Shown here in pieces: positions 1-13,314 of a stretch of DNA of 64,000 nucleotides. Numbering within the stretch: the first letter of the stretch is position 1; each line of letters opens with the position of its first letter. The notes below the pieces were generated by a model that did no database searches, was not told the origin of the DNA, and was given only the letters and a program-made list of their open reading frames with translations. A program made the translations under genes and the position numbers. This DNA is from Okamejei kenojei (lineage: Eukaryota): assembly GCA_035221665.1 (NCBI GenBank), contig CM069141.1:66278001-66342000 (forward strand), given 5' to 3'.

Positions 1-813
1 GAGGAAGCCGAGGATCTTGGAGAAAGCCCACGCAGGTCGCGGGGAGACATACACACAACTTCATTCACATCAAGATCCTTTTTGTTTTGATGCTCGTTTA
101 TTGAGCTGATGAAACTGCAATGTTACAGTTCAATCACAATCACGGGAAGCACAGAACACATTGTGAGCTTTCCAAACCTTGCTGCAACAAACAATGTGAA
201 ATCTAGAGGGTAATACAGAGAGTGACAGTAATAGTTCCAATCAGCACAATCTAAATCAAGACAGGATCAGCCTCCACACAGGGACTTTCCCACAGTCCGT
301 GTCTGCCCATCACCACCACCCCCGTGCCCCTGACGCTTTCTTGTCAATGTGTGTGTGTCAGAGAGATGGCACCAAATGCCCTGGACACCGCTCTGTACTG
401 CTGCACCTTTCAACTGTGATGCCCAACTGTTCCCGGTGGGATTTGAGGAAGGGCTCCAGCAGAATGGACAAGGAGGTGAGTCAGGTTAAAGGGGGCGGAC
501 TTGTCTGTTCTGAGCAGTCCCTGGGCTTCAGTCAAGGGTCAGTGTGTGGGGCAGTGCCCTGGAGTTACATCCTTTAGACATCCACCATGGTTCCCCGCTC
601 CCCGTCCCTCTCTCAATGTGTGACGGAGAATGGCCGAGAATATCACTGATTTCGCATCCAATCCTGTAAAATGTGAAGAGTTAAGATTGTCATATGTCAG
701 TTTAAAGTTGCAGCTTTACCATCTGGGATGGAGGACAAAGACACAGCTGAAATTTGGAAACGTCATCCCGTCGCCCATTCCTTCTCTCCAGAGATGCTGC
801 CTGCTCGCTGAGT

Positions 814-1116
814 TAAAGAGTGCCCACGGTAGACTCACGAATCACTAAGGTGAACACACGGGCCACTACGTTATTACAACGAGTTTAAATGTTTCAATTT
901 TTAACTTGAACAGTAAATTTGACTCGTGGAAAACCTCAAACATGTTTGAATTTTTTCAAGTTATCAAGTTTCACGGGTAACTGCCATTAGCGCCACGAGT
1001 CACTAAGTTGCGCACGCGAGTTCCGACGTTCACGCTACATTAATTGAACGTGATTACCGCGAGTGAAAACTCGGGGTCACTCGTCGGTCGACTCGCACCG
1101 TGAGACAGGGGTTTTA
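814..1116. mobile_element. Harbinger/PIF-type non-autonomous MITE (degenerate)
   Basis: Degenerate inverted ends (tgcccacggt / accgtgagacagggg) resemble the GGGCCTGTCCCAC termini of the MITEs at 16574 and 32950; TAA/TTA-like flanks. Confidence 0.45.
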
Positions 1117-1385
1117 CAGCACCAGGGACCCAGGTTCGATTCCGACTACTGGTGCTTGTCTGTACGGAGTTTGTACTTTCTCCCCGTGACCTGTGTGGGT
1201 TTTCTCTGAGATCTTCGGTTTCCCTCCACAATCCAAAAACCTACAGGTTTGTAGATTAATTGTCTTGGAATAAATGTAAAATTGTCTCTAGTGTGCGTTA
1301 GTGTGCAGGGATCGCTGGCCAGTGCGGACTCAGTGGGCCGAAGGGCCTGTTTCCGCGCTGTATCTCTAAACCAAAAAACTAAACC
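1113..1385 (+). mobile_element. HE1-type V-SINE (tRNA-derived), 5'-truncated
   Basis: B box ggttcgattcc; central ctccccgtgacctgtgtgggttttctc motif; 3' gggccgaagggcctgtttcc followed by a ctaaa tail; matches the copy at 28263. Confidence 0.85.
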
Positions 1386-2264
1386 CAAGGGAAATCCACA
1401 CGGTCAAGGAGAGAATGTGTAAACTGCGTACATACAGTGCCTGAGGTCAGGATTGAACCCAGGTCTCTGTCATTGCGAGGCATTGACTCTGTCATTGCGA
1501 GGCATTACGAGGCATTAACTCTACTAGCTTGCCACTAGCTTGCCACACTCTACTAGCTTGCTACTAGCTTGCCACACACAGCTTTGTGTGTGTTGTGAGA
1601 AATAAAGTGCTCCCTCTACATAATATACAGTATAAGCAAATGTGAACATGAGGTGGTCATTAGAGAGGAGGACGAACAATCCCTATTACTGAGGGTATAG
1701 TTCACTCATATCTAGGAAGGTTTAGGATTTGGGGTTGGGGGAAGCAGTCAGATGAATGGCCAGAGGTGTGGTAAAGTAAGGGGCTGTAAAGACTGGGGCC
1801 TCTAATGGGAATGTATGATATCGCTGAGTCAGAGTTCTGAACAGTCACATGCTGTAAGGAGGGTGGCAGCAGGTAGCTTTGGAGCGTTGGTTATTTGGGA
1901 CAGGGGGGGATAATTTGGGTGAATGCGGATTGGAGAAACATAGGTGATGGCTGGGATAGTGGAGTGTTAGCGCTCTACTGGAAGGAAGGATTCTGGAGGC
2001 AAATGAGTCCCAATTGGGTGCTAGATTATTAAACAAATGCATATGTCAGTTGGCAGGGTAAAATTGAAAATGGAAGGGATATTCAACGAGTCAGGGTATC
2101 ACACTTGGAGAGTGAAACAGAGTTGACATTCATTATCAGGAATGATTAATAGCCTTGTCGTTCTGAAAGAGGCCAACCAGAGTTCTTCTAGGAACAGCCT
2201 GGTCAATTTCCCCCAAACAGTGCCAAAAGGAATGTTGGATTGGGAATATGAACACAGAAGGCTT

Positions 2265-2790
2265 CCCGACGGGCCTCCGCCGTGGACCGGGAATGTGACC
2301 GGAGGCCTTTATCGAGGCCCCGCGGTCTGGATGCGTCCTGGATCGCCGCGTATAAGCCAGGGTCGGGTGAAGCGGCTGGTGGAGCCCGTGACTGGGGCCA
2401 CGGAGTCGTTAAGTGGGGCGTCGACAACGGCGAGGCCTCGGCCGGCAACGGTGAAGCCTCGCGACGATGGGGCCTTGGCGGTGGTGAAGCCTCGCGGCGG
2501 CGGCCATGCCTCGCGGGTCGACCCGTGGTCGACAGTCGATGAGAGCATGGAGAACCACCGTGAGGGAGGGAGGGAGGGGAAGAACAATGGACAATGGGGG
2601 GTGGGGGCAAAGGACAATGGGGACCCGGTGTGGGGGAACCGCTGTGGGTGGATGCGCGGATGCTGGAGAACACAATGGGGAGCCAGCGTGCTTTGTAACT
2701 TTGTCAGTGCCGTAGGTGGCTGCTGTTTGTATACATTGTGTATGAAAGCAAAGAATCTCACTGTGCCTAGTCACATGTATTCCTATTCCT
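2265..2790 (+). mobile_element. GC-rich interspersed repeat with LINE-like 3' tail (unclassified)
   Basis: CpG-rich body ending in aaagaatctcactgtgcctagtcacatgt, like other ...cacatgtgacaataaa tails in the window; related ggggacccggtgtg motif near 47960. Confidence 0.4.
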
Positions 2791-3574
2791 AAATATACAG
2801 ACATAAGAATGAGCAGGAGCTTGCTCAAACATTTAGTAACACTATGACTGATCTCTCTGTACCTCGAAATCCACATTCACTACTTCCTCAAGTAACCTCT
2901 CACCCCTTATTTATTAGATATTTATTTAACTCCACCTAAAATATGCTTAATGACTGCTTGCTCCACCCCATGAGGTAGAAAATTCCAAAACTTAAGATTC
3001 TCGGAGAGTAAATGTTTAGATTTTTTTAAATTGTTGTCTCCCCATTTTTAAATGGGGACATATCGGACCCGAGGATTAAGTCACATGTGGATACTAGGTG
3101 ACACAAATCAATCTGAACATGGCTATTACCACATATCATTGGGCATAAATCTTAATTACAATAAAATAACATTTAAAGACAATTGAATTTCAAGGCATTT
3201 GCATGCTATAGCCATGGAACGATTATTCACCTCATGACTGGCCATATTGTTAGTTGATCAATATTTCATCTACGTCAATCTGTTCTGTCAAGATTAGAAG
3301 GATATTAAAACAGTAAGAATGTATATTGCTATGAAGAATGTTTATTGTTCCTAAACACTGCCACGATGAAGAATGGCAATGTTTAATAATCTATATTACT
3401 CTCAAGTTCAGTAACACTTTCGAAGTCCTTTTTACACACTTGTTGCATTTATTGATTTAATAACATTACCAAAAAATAACTCTTCCTAGCTAATATCTTA
3501 ATGGGAACAGTGTACCTCATAAACAACAACTTCACTGACTATAGTACCATTTTCACCAATTGTCATATTAACCT

Positions 3575-4294
3575 ATGTCCCTCTACCTCCACCCCCCCCC
3601 CCCCCCATCCATTCCGTCCAAGGACCCTGACAGTCTTTTCAAGTGAGGCAGAGGTTCACTTGTACCTCCTCCGGCCTCATCTACTGTATCCGCTCTTCCA
3701 GGTGTGGACTCATATATATCGGCCAGACCTAGTGCAAGCGCGGCGATCATTTTGCTGAACACCTCCGCTCAGTCTGCCTAAGCCTACCTGATCTCCCAGC
3801 TGCTAAAACATTTTACTCTCACTCTCATTCCCACACTGACCTTTCTGTCCTAGGCCTCCTTCATTGTCAGAGTGAGGGCCAGTGCAAATTGGAGGAACAA
3901 CACCTCATATTTCGCCTGGGCAGCTTATACCCCAGCAGTATGAACATTGACTTCTTTAACTTCAAGTAACCTTTGCCTTTCCTCTCTCTCCATCTCTCCC
4001 CCTTTCCAGTTCTACAGCAAGTCTGACTGCCATCTTTTACATTTTATCTGTTTGCTTTGTTGTTACCTCCAAGCTAACAATGATCTATTTTACATTTTTC
4101 TTGATCTCCACCCCTTTTGTCTCAATTTCACACCTTACACTTCCTTAACTCTGCATCTCCCTCTCCCCTGATTCAGTCTGAAGAAGGGTCTTGACCTGAA
4201 ACATCACCCATTCCTTCTATCCAGAGATGCTGCCTGTCCCGCTGAGTTACACCCGCTATCTGGGTTTTAAACCAGCATCTGCAGTTCCTTGCTA
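3575..4294 (+). mobile_element. Penelope-like retroelement 3' portion (GIY-YIG endonuclease remnant, 3' UTR, hammerhead module, tail)
   Basis: 14-bp TSD tgtcatattaacct at 3561-3574 and 4295-4308; contains the GIY-YIG frame and a hammerhead-like core at 4178-4205. Confidence 0.88.
3619..3969 (+). pseudogene. GIY-YIG endonuclease C-terminus of a Penelope-like element, with in-frame stops
   Basis: Manual translation QGP*QSFQVRQRFTCTSSGLIYCIRSSRCGLIYIGQT*CKRGDHFAEHLRSV...KLEEQHLIFRLGSLYPSSMNIDF shows the IY...YIG motif and the catalytic E and N regions. Confidence 0.85.
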
Positions 4295-5349
4295 TGTCAT
4301 ATTAACCTTCCCAGCTTACATGGCTGTTTAGTACAGTAACTTTCTCAACCATTGACCTCCTTAACTAGGGGCATTGTTTAGTGCAGTAGCCTTCCTATCT
4401 TCCTAAAGGAAAAATTGAAGCACTGCCAGAATTCATCGGGTCAAGCACCATCCGCAGAGAGAGAAATACTCTAGACCCAATCTCTCTTTCCATCGATGCT
4501 GCTTGATTTCCAAAGTGCAGTCAACTATTTCTGTTTTCATTCACATTTGCAACTCACGCAGTTTTTAAAACGAAAATCACCCAATATTAGGCAAGAATAC
4601 CTTACTAAACAATCTTACTACTGACTCTACTAACCCAAAACACAGTTGGGCACAGTAACGTCCCTAGTTAATACCACTACTGCTCACAGTAACTTTCATA
4701 GACTTTGATTACATGTGTGCCACCTTCTGACCCATTATTGCTATTGGGCATAGAATCCTTTCCAATTATAACCAGTGGTGAATACAATGGTCTTCCTCAT
4801 CAACACTACTTGTGGGCCTTGAATTTTTTTTGATAAGTACGACTGTGAGTATTGTGAATTTCTTAACCAGTTCCACTATTTGAACAGGGAACTCTCTAAC
4901 CTATAGTACTGCTGGGCACACTTACTGTCCAAACCAGCTTTTGCTTTCCTGCAGTTTTGTTAGCTGACAATATCTGGCTATCTTGCAAATGAAAGAAACT
5001 CTTCTGTTTACACACAGGTACAAAGATATTGGTACCTTCATGCCAATAGTAGTAACATTGTTGCATTTTATCTTTTATGTGAATCATTTTGAAATCCATT
5101 CTGCTTTATGCCAGACTATGGTGCAAACAAAAGGCTGTTCACAAAACTGAAACCCATGGAACGAAGGGGCAGCATGAATGAGAAATTACCAACCACAGAA
5201 AGCTGAGTAAACTAATATTTTTAGTGAGCAATGATGTTCTTGGAGACACAAGAGACTGCAGATGTTGGAATCCTGAGCAAGTAACAAAGTGCTGGATGAT
5301 CTCAGTGGGTCAGGCAGCATCTGTGGACAGAAATGGACAGACAATGTTT

Positions 5350-5636
5350 AGAAACATAGAAAATAGGTGCAGGAGTAGGCCATTCGGCCCTTCGAGCCTG
5401 CACCGCCATTCAATATGATCATGGCTGATCATCCAACTCAGTATCCTGTACCTGCCTTCTCTCCATACCCCCTGATCCCTTTAGCCACAAGGGCCACATC
5501 TAACTCCCTCTTAAATATAGCCAACAAACTGGCCTCAACTATCTTCTGTGGCAGAGAATTCCACAGATTCACCACTCTCTGTGTGAAAAATTATTTTCTC
5601 ATCTCGGTCCTAAAAGACTTCCCCCTTATCCTTAAA
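5350..5636 (-). mobile_element. HER1/CR1 LINE 3' fragment inserted into a PLE remnant
   Basis: ccattcggcccttcgagcc...tgatcatggctgatcatcc 3' end and RVVNLWNSLPQK-type coding tail on the minus strand. Confidence 0.85.
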
Positions 5637-5719
5637 GTTTCCCCTCAGACTGATGGAGAAGAGGGGAGAAAGCTGGAGGAAAGAGATGAGGGAAAGGGAT
5701 GTGGCAAGTGATAGGTGGA

Positions 5720-6200
5720 TAGACACAAAAAGCTCGAGTAACTCAGCGGGTCAGACAGCATCTGGAGCAAAGGAACAGGTGACGTTTTGGGTCAAGACCC
5801 TTCTTCAGACTGAGAGTCAAGGGAAAGGGAAACAAGAGATATACCTGTAGATGGTAATGAAGAGAGATATTCAACAAATGAATGAAAGATATGCAAAAAA
5901 GTAATGATGATAAAGGAAACGGGCCATTGTCAGCTGTGGGCTAGGTGAAAATGAGTTACAGACAATGAGACTCAACAAGATGACTTTAAACCTTGTGCAA
6001 AGACTTGGGTGGGGGAAGGATGGAGAGAGAGGATATGCAAAGGCCCCCATCCAAGTTGATATGTGAGGTTCAAAGTCATCTTGTTGAGTCTCATTGTGTG
6101 TAGGAAAGAACTGCAAATTCTGGTTTAAACCGATGATGGACACAAAAAAGCTGGAGTAACTCAGCAGAACCCGCTGAGTTACTCCAGTTTTTGTGTCTAT
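5720..6200 (-). mobile_element. PLE 3' UTR/hammerhead module with an adjacent short fold-back copy
   Basis: gacgttttgggtcaagacccttcttcag (minus-strand core) plus 3' UTR homologous to 18400-18520 and 31380-31520. Confidence 0.75.
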
Positions 6201-7204
6201 CCAAGTTTGTCCAATCTCTGCATATAGCCAATACCCTCTAATCCAGGCAGCACTCTGCTGGAGCCTCTCCAAAGCCTCCACACTCTTCCAGAACCAGAAC
6301 TGAACGCAATACTCCAAATGCTTCCGAACCAAAGTTTCAGAAAGCTGCAAAATCTCACCGTGAAGGTCGCAGACAGAAACAGATGTACGTGCCACCAATG
6401 GGTGGTTTGTTGCAATTCTCAAAATCTAGCCCCCTCACTGCCATTTTTATAATATGATTGAAATGAGTAAAAATATAGGTCATGATTTGTAAGTTCTCTG
6501 CTATGTTGCAACAATGGCCGGACTTTGTTTGCCGACTCTTCTGTCTTTTAGGAACTACAGGAAGGATATGAAAGCAACAGAGAGAGTGCAGAGGAGATTC
6601 ACCAGGATCTATAATATTCTGACAGGATGAATGTGAGCTTGCTATGGCCACAGCTCTGCACTTGACCATCTGAATCTAAAGAGAGTAGGACTAGTCCATC
6701 ATAGGCTTGTCATGTCCTTCTATCCAGCCCATCTTCATGGTGCATTGCCTCAGGGAGGCAGGAAGTATTGTCAAGGATGGCTGCCACCCCAGTCATTCCC
6801 TTTTCACCCTTCTGGGAGAAGATGCAAGAGTTTGAAAGCTGAGACGTCCAGACTTAAGAACAGCTTCCCATCCACTGCTGCCTGAGGCAGTAGGTTAATT
6901 GACTTGGGATAAATATAATTTGCCCCTAATGTGTGTAGGGTAGTGTTAATGTGTGGGGATCACAGGTCAGTGAGGACTCTGTTGGCCTAAGGGCCTGTTT
7001 AAAACGCTGTTTCTCTAAACTAAACTAAACTACTCCTGAACCAATGACCTCTTTCACACGCCTTCCTTCATACTCCTCCTGTTAACTCTAACTCACTTGG
7101 TAAATTCATTATTATACGTCAATATTCTTTTGACGACACAGATTTTGCACCTCAATCCTGACCCCCTTCTGCTTTTTGCAATCGTCACTGTATTACTTGT
7201 TGCA

Positions 7205-7490
7205 TTCTTCTTCTTGCGTTTGAGGCAGCAGAAAGTTATTGAGCGCCCTCCAGCCGCTGCAGCCAGTTAGGCCTTCCGCATCCAGCTGCAGCCGGGTGAT
7301 GCCGTCCGGTGCGACATCCGTGGGTGCCCACGCCCTAAAAAGGGCGCATGCTCCGGGTTGGCGCCAAGCCGCGGCGACTGAGGCTGCATTTGGGCTGCCG
7401 CTGCCTTGTTGTCTTTCGCCTGACTGAGCTCAGTTGACAGGGCTCACCACGGGTGGGGGAGGGGGGGGGGGGTCGACAACATGAGCCCCC
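7205..7490 (-). mobile_element. Non-LTR retroelement 3' fragment with (AAG)n tail
   Basis: Minus strand ends caaacgcaagaagaagaa; GC-rich body; a similar tail occurs at 8571-8655; clade uncertain. Confidence 0.4.
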
Positions 7491-8654
7491 TTGTTATTTA
7501 TCATTACTGTGGGCATTACTCAACGAGCTTCATGCGAATGAGAAATTTCAGTGCACCCTGGTGCATATGACACTAAACTAATCTGAATGCAGTCCACTAA
7601 TCTAAATATTTACCCATGGACACACACTTCCCTGGAGATTGTTTCTGGACCACAGTGTGACTCAACAACCTTCACTAGTCATTTATGCTTGAAGCCAATT
7701 TGAATGCTTTTCAACCTTGGCACCTAAAGATAAGCCACATCGAAGTGCACTGAAATTCCAAGAATTAAACAATGTAGGCCATTGTATGATATAGGACACT
7801 TTGCTATCATATGCTCCTCATTATAATGTACATATTGCTTGGCACACAAGGACCTTGTTATAATGAGGGTGGAAGTAAATAAATCAATGCCACCATCTCT
7901 TAAAACTTTCTATTTAAATATTGTGATAAATGTACGGGCTTCAAATGAGGTTCAAGATCTGGGTAAATCTGATTTCTTATTTTTAATACGATGGGTAGCC
8001 TGACCTAAATAATTTATGGCTCCCAATGTAAGAACTCCTCAGAAGGGTTTTATCTCACTTTGATTCATTTTGTGTTGTAGATAAATGTAGCATGTTACAA
8101 CTCACGTTGCAAATTCCGACTGTATTTATAATTTGAGGACGAGTAGATAATAAAGGACATGGAACATAAAACAGCACAGCACAGGAACAGGCGGTGTAGC
8201 CCGCGATGTAAGTGCCGAACATATTGCCAAGATAGACTAGTCTCATCCCCCGCACATGATCTACATCCCCCAATTCCCTGCATATCCATGTACCTATCTA
8301 ACAGCCTCTTAAACACCGCTATCATATCCACCCACATCCCTGGCAATGCATTCCAGGCACCCACCACTCTCTGTGACATTTCCACTGGGAAAAGGGTTCT
8401 GCCTATTTACCTGTCTGTGCTTTTGATAATTTTATCAGGTCTCGACTCAATTTCCGGCACTCCAGAGAAAACAACCCATGTCTGTCCAACTCTCCTTGTG
8501 GCAAACACCCCCTCATCCAGGCAATGTTTTGGCTAAAAAAAGACACAAGGTGCTGGAGTAAATGAGGGGGTCTTCTTCTTGCATATGGCGTGCACAGCCT
8601 AAAGTTGTAAGACAACTTGTTCTGTTTGATCTCCTGTTTGTGCACGCCAGGTTG

Positions 8655-9025
8655 ATATAGACAATAGACAATAGACTATAGGTGCAGGAGTAGGCCATTC
8701 GGCCCTTCGAGCCAGCACCACCATTCAATGTGATCATGGCTGATCATCCCAATCAGTACCCCGTTCCTGCCTTCTCCCCATATCCCCTGACTCCACTATT
8801 TTTAAGAGCCCTATCTAGCTCTCTCTTGAAAGCATCCAGAGAACCGGCCTCCACCGCCCTCTGAAGCAGAGAATTCCACAGACTCACCACGCTCTGTGAG
8901 AAAAAGTATTTCCTCATCTCTGTTCTAAATGGCTTACTCCTTATTCTTAAACTGTGGCCCCTGGTTTTGGACTCCCCCAACATCGGGGACATGTTTCCTG
9001 CCCCTAGCGTGTCCAAGCCCTTAAT
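8655..9025 (-). mobile_element. HER1/CR1 LINE 3' fragment
   Basis: ORF 8753-9055 contains TRGHSLRIRSKPFRTEMRKYFFSQSVVSLWNSL; ctattgt tandem tail. Confidence 0.9.
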
Positions 9026-10735
9026 TTTTGCATTTGTCAAAACAGGGTGAACCACGTGAAGGTTGCAATCTGCCCACCCACAATGAAGGTGTCAGGTAGC
9101 GTCTCTGGAGAACATGGGTAGGTGACGTTTTGGGCCGGGGTCCTTCTTCAGACTAGCTTACCATATGTCTTTGTTTTCTTTTTTAAACCAGCATCTGCAG
9201 TTCCTTGTGTCAGCATTCTGGCAAACATTTACTGCACACTCTCCAAAAAACCTCCACATCCTCCATGTAACAGGGAGACCAGAACAGCACCCAATCCTCC
9301 AAATATAGAACTAATCAGAATTTCATAGAGGTGCATCATGACTTCCTGACTCAATGAAGGCAAGCCTACCGCATGCTGGAAGATGATATATTTTACATGC
9401 TTCAGGTCTGAGTTTACACTTCCCAATATCATCAATTCCAGACCCTCACCCACGACCTCAACTCCCACCTCCAATGTAGTTCAAGCATTTTGCTTTCTTT
9501 GATCGACCTGTGCTAAGATGGCGACTCTCACTGGCTTATGATTCATGAAGGATTGTCTATCCTTCAATAACTTTCTCTGTTCATCCGTGAGGCTCTTCAC
9601 CTCTGAGTAATTCGTTATCAACAGAATGATGTGCGCAGGCTGCTAAGAGTGAGAGCCAATGCAACACAGGCCCAAGTGCTGCCCACTCATCACGCAGTTA
9701 CAAACATCTCTGCACAGCCTTTCCATCAGAGGGGATGGCTTTCTGTAGCATAGCTGATATTTGCTCAGAGCCGGCCTTAGGAGGTGCGGGGCCCAATTGG
9801 GAACAATTTTCATAGAAATATAAATAAATAATTATAAATGAGTTACGTGTCGTGAGTAATATGACAGTCAGTCGGCTTTAAAAAAATCTTAAACTGCGCC
9901 TGCGCAGATTGTTCTCCGTAAAAATAAAAATAAAAATAAATAAAGTAACAATTCAATTTGCCCAAGGCTTCCAGATCTCCTTTTTTCTGAATTACTGAAT
10001 GGGTGGGGGGTGGAGGGTGACGGCAAGTGGAAAGATGGTGGGAAAAACGGGAGCACACCGGGACAATTTGAATCAGTTGTCATCTTATTGAATGACTATA
10101 CTAGTTCACGGGACCAATTGGGGGGAGAGATCCTTTCACAGCGTGTGGGGAGTCTAGCCAGGGGTAAAGTTGTGGGGAGAGCGGGAGCGTTGATAAGGAG
10201 GGGGTTGGGTTCATGCCAGTAACCCACCCACTCACCGCTGTCGCGGCACTCTGGGCGCGGAATCACCGCATTGTGGCCGGGGACGGAAGCAGCTCGCGTG
10301 GCTACGAGCGTCCGCCATCATCGGACAGCGGAACCGACTGCCTTCTCAGCGCCTTCTGCCGGCCCGCTCACCTCTGGCAGTGCTCTCCATCTGAACAGTG
10401 AGGGGACCAGCTTAAGAGCAAAGATCATAGAGCGGAGTGGGTCAGCGGGCGATGGATAACATCACAGTGGGCTTTGGAGCTTACTCCTGTGTCAGCGCAA
10501 ACAAGGGATCAATTGGGGTTACTCGCACTGACATATGCAGTAAGCTCCACCGCCCACTGTCCTGTTATCTCCGACCGCCTCCTTCTCAACGCTCCTGCCC
10601 TCCCCGCAACTTTACCCCTGAACAGACTACCCACACGCTGTGAAAGGAACACTCCCCCCCCCCCCCAGCGGCGCTGTCCTTTTACAGCCGCTTCCCACTT
10701 TACAGCCGCTTCCCATCAGCTGCTAGCAATGAGGA

Positions 10736-10807
10736 ATAGACTTGGCTATACCTCAGTACAGCAACATTGTTCTTGATGTTGCTGTACTGAGGGATAACGA
10801 AGTCTAT
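10736..10807. repeat. Inverted repeat, 32-bp arms and 8-nt loop
   Basis: atagacttggctatacctcagtacagcaacat / atgttgctgtactgagggataacgaagtctat, 3 mismatches. Confidence 0.9.
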
Positions 10808-10863
10808 CTTTCTTGGCTAACAACTAACCTTCGGCCTCCAAGATGCAGGTACATTTTCTAACA

Positions 10864-11814
10864 ATGTTACACCATTTTGAGATTTAAAAAATCAAGTCTG
10901 CAATTTATCCCATCAGATAAAGCATAATAAGAAGTTTAATTTGACACCGAATTCACTTTCACATCTTCAGTATTAAAAACGTTATGGCCATTTGCATACT
11001 CGGAAATTAGCATCTTGTTCCCTATTGCTTTTCCATTGACTTAACACAAAAGCTGTGATCGAGGACAGTCAAAAGCCCATCTTTCTTAAAAATTAAGAGA
11101 ACTGAATGAAATTTTTAGTTATTGTAGATTGCAGCATTCTGAAACAAATATAAAACATCTTACTTGGATGACCTGAAATTAAAGCATATAATTAGTTACT
11201 TACCTAATTGTAGCTAATTACAAAATTGACCGTTGTGACGGAAATAGTAATAAACACCCAGACTGCCTTGAAAATTTAAAAATGTGATATTCTCAAGATC
11301 AGAACTTTAATACTATTGTATTATATGCTGTGTCCTTAACAGATAGGTAAATAAATTACAATTTCTAGCAATAAACCAGGTCTTTATGGAGAATATCAGT
11401 TGCTAGCTCGTACATTGGCATACCATAATTAGTAGCATCATCATACTCCTCAGATTGTAACCAATAAACAACTCTGTACACCTTGTTTTTCCTCAACTTC
11501 AATTTTGGCATCGTAAGCTTTTGCTCTTCAAACCACGCATGACATGCCTTTCAGCCCACTACTTTCTCATTAAGAATGTCCTGTAGATTCCATCTTTTAA
11601 GAAAAGGATAATTTTAAAAAAGAACCTAAGTATCCAAATAACAAACTAATCCCATTCACACAATAATTCACAATATAACATGATTTTTAAATCTCACTAT
11701 CATGAATTTATATACCCAATGGAAGGAATTTAATGTTTAATTCCCATAAATTAATCTAGAACATCCACTCAATATAATCAAAATCTCTGTAGAACCTGCA
11801 ATGTGGTGTTACAT
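10864..11814. mobile_element. AT-rich non-autonomous DNA-transposon-like repeat nested in the hAT element
   Basis: Imperfect TIR atgttacacca / tggtgttacat; homologous in reverse complement to about 59100-59768. Confidence 0.6.
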
Positions 11815-12329
11815 ATATATTGCAAACAGTGATGGAAATGGGTTTTAGGAACTAGGAATACGCTAAGGTCCGTGATGCTGAGGTTGGGAAGGAAGGGGTG
11901 GGGGGGGGGGGGGGGTTAGACACTATAAGCCCCGCATGAGAAATGTTATTTAACTCTGAAATTGAGGTTAGACAAAAGCTGGAGTAGCTCAGCAGGACAG
12001 GCAGCGTGCGGCTCTGGAGAGAAGACCCTTCTTCAGACTGAACTGAACTCTCGTCGGTGAGAGTACTTGTGATTGTCTGAAGAAGAGTCTCGACCAGAAA
12101 CTCAACCCTTTCCCCAGAGCCCCTGCCCGTCCCGCTGAGTCACCACAGACAGGGAGTTGAAGATAGACACAGAGGGGTCCACCTTCAACTTCAGAGCCAA
12201 ACAAAAAACACAGAGTGCTGGAGGAACTCAGCAGGCAAGGCAGAGGGAATATATCACTTATCAGGAGCCACCACGGGCCAGGACTCTTCCCCCCCCAACA
12301 GAAAGAAACCGCAGATGCAGCCGTCACCA

Positions 12330-12537
12330 CAAAGAAGGAACTGCAGATGCTGGAAAATCGAAGGTAGACAAAAATGCTGGAGAAACTCAGCGGGTGAGGC
12401 AGCATCTATGGAGCAAAGGAAATAGCCAACATTTCGGGCCGGCTCTGAAGAAGGGTTTCGACCCGAAACGTTGCCTATTTCCTTTGCTCCATAGATGCTA
12501 CCTCACCCGCTGAGTTTCTCCAGTATTTTTGTCTACC
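12330..12537. mobile_element. Fold-back mini-PLE hammerhead module
   Basis: Minus arm with tail plus a plus arm containing ctgaagaagggtttcgacccgaaacgtt; flanking accacaaa duplication. Confidence 0.8.
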
Positions 12538-12757
12538 ACAAAACGTCAATGATTCCGGGAATGCCGAGAGAGCTAGAGAGAGACGAGATGGGGAGTGGGA
12601 GAGAGAGAGAGAGAGCGCGCGCGCAAGAGAGAGCGGGAGGGAGAGAGCGAAAGACAGAGAGACACAACGTGGGTTAGTATGTAAATTGAATGACTAACCT
12701 GCTGCTCACCAAGAAGAAGCCCTCAATCATGATGGTGAGTTTTAAGAAATTCTCAAT

Positions 12758-12922
12758 GTGTCATCAATGCATCGACCTACATTCCTCAGTAAATGTAATT
12801 GTGTTTTGAACAAGTATTAATGACGCCGCGTCAATTGTATTCAAAGGAACGCAGCGTCATTAGTACTTGTTCAAAACACAATTACATTTACTGAGGAATG
12901 TGGATCAATGCATTGATGACAC
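12758..12922. repeat. Long inverted repeat, arms of about 74 bp
   Basis: gtgtcatcaatgcat...aatgacgccgcgt / acgcagcgtcatt...atgcattgatgacac with few mismatches. Confidence 0.92.
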
Positions 12923-13314
12923 TGTATAACTACTTGTTAACTACTGGCTGTTAATAAGTGCTACAGTGGTAGTTAACAAATCGTTTGTGTCTGATGGCCG
13001 TGAAGTGGTTGTTATCCATGTTCGTTTTGTAAAAAAATCCGTATGGCAAATGTTTTAAAAAAATATTTATTTAGCAAAGTGAATTTGTATTTCCGTACAA
13101 ACTACGGAAAATTAACGCGCCCCCCCCCCCCCCCCCCCCTAGGCGTGGGGCCCAATTGGGAGAAATCGGTCCAATCGGCTTAAGGCCAGCCCTGTATTTG
13201 CCCATAATTAGTTACACTTTTTGTGTTCTTTAGCAAAGATGTGTTTGCTCCATTGGACCTCAGAGTCTAATTCTCAGTCTATAGCCTGGATGGAGTGTCT
13301 TGATTGGCATAAGG

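Larger units (their letters stand above)
9766..13194. mobile_element. Non-autonomous hAT-type DNA transposon (3.4 kb) with nested inserts
   Basis: TIRs cagagccggcctta and taaggccagccctg; 8-bp TSD tatttgct (9758-9765) / tatttgcc (13195-13202); subterminal ggggcccaattggg at both ends; no transposase ORF. Confidence 0.8.

Noticed and set aside
1463-1575. Short tandem duplications
   Set aside because: Local slippage within a SINE remnant
2142-2876. Overlapping 150-216 aa ORFs
   Set aside because: Open in several frames because of GC richness; no recognisable domain; ends in a repeat-type tail
9481-9639. Minus-strand 52-codon frame after a possible ttagcag acceptor
   Set aside because: No recognisable homology or partner exons; expected by chance
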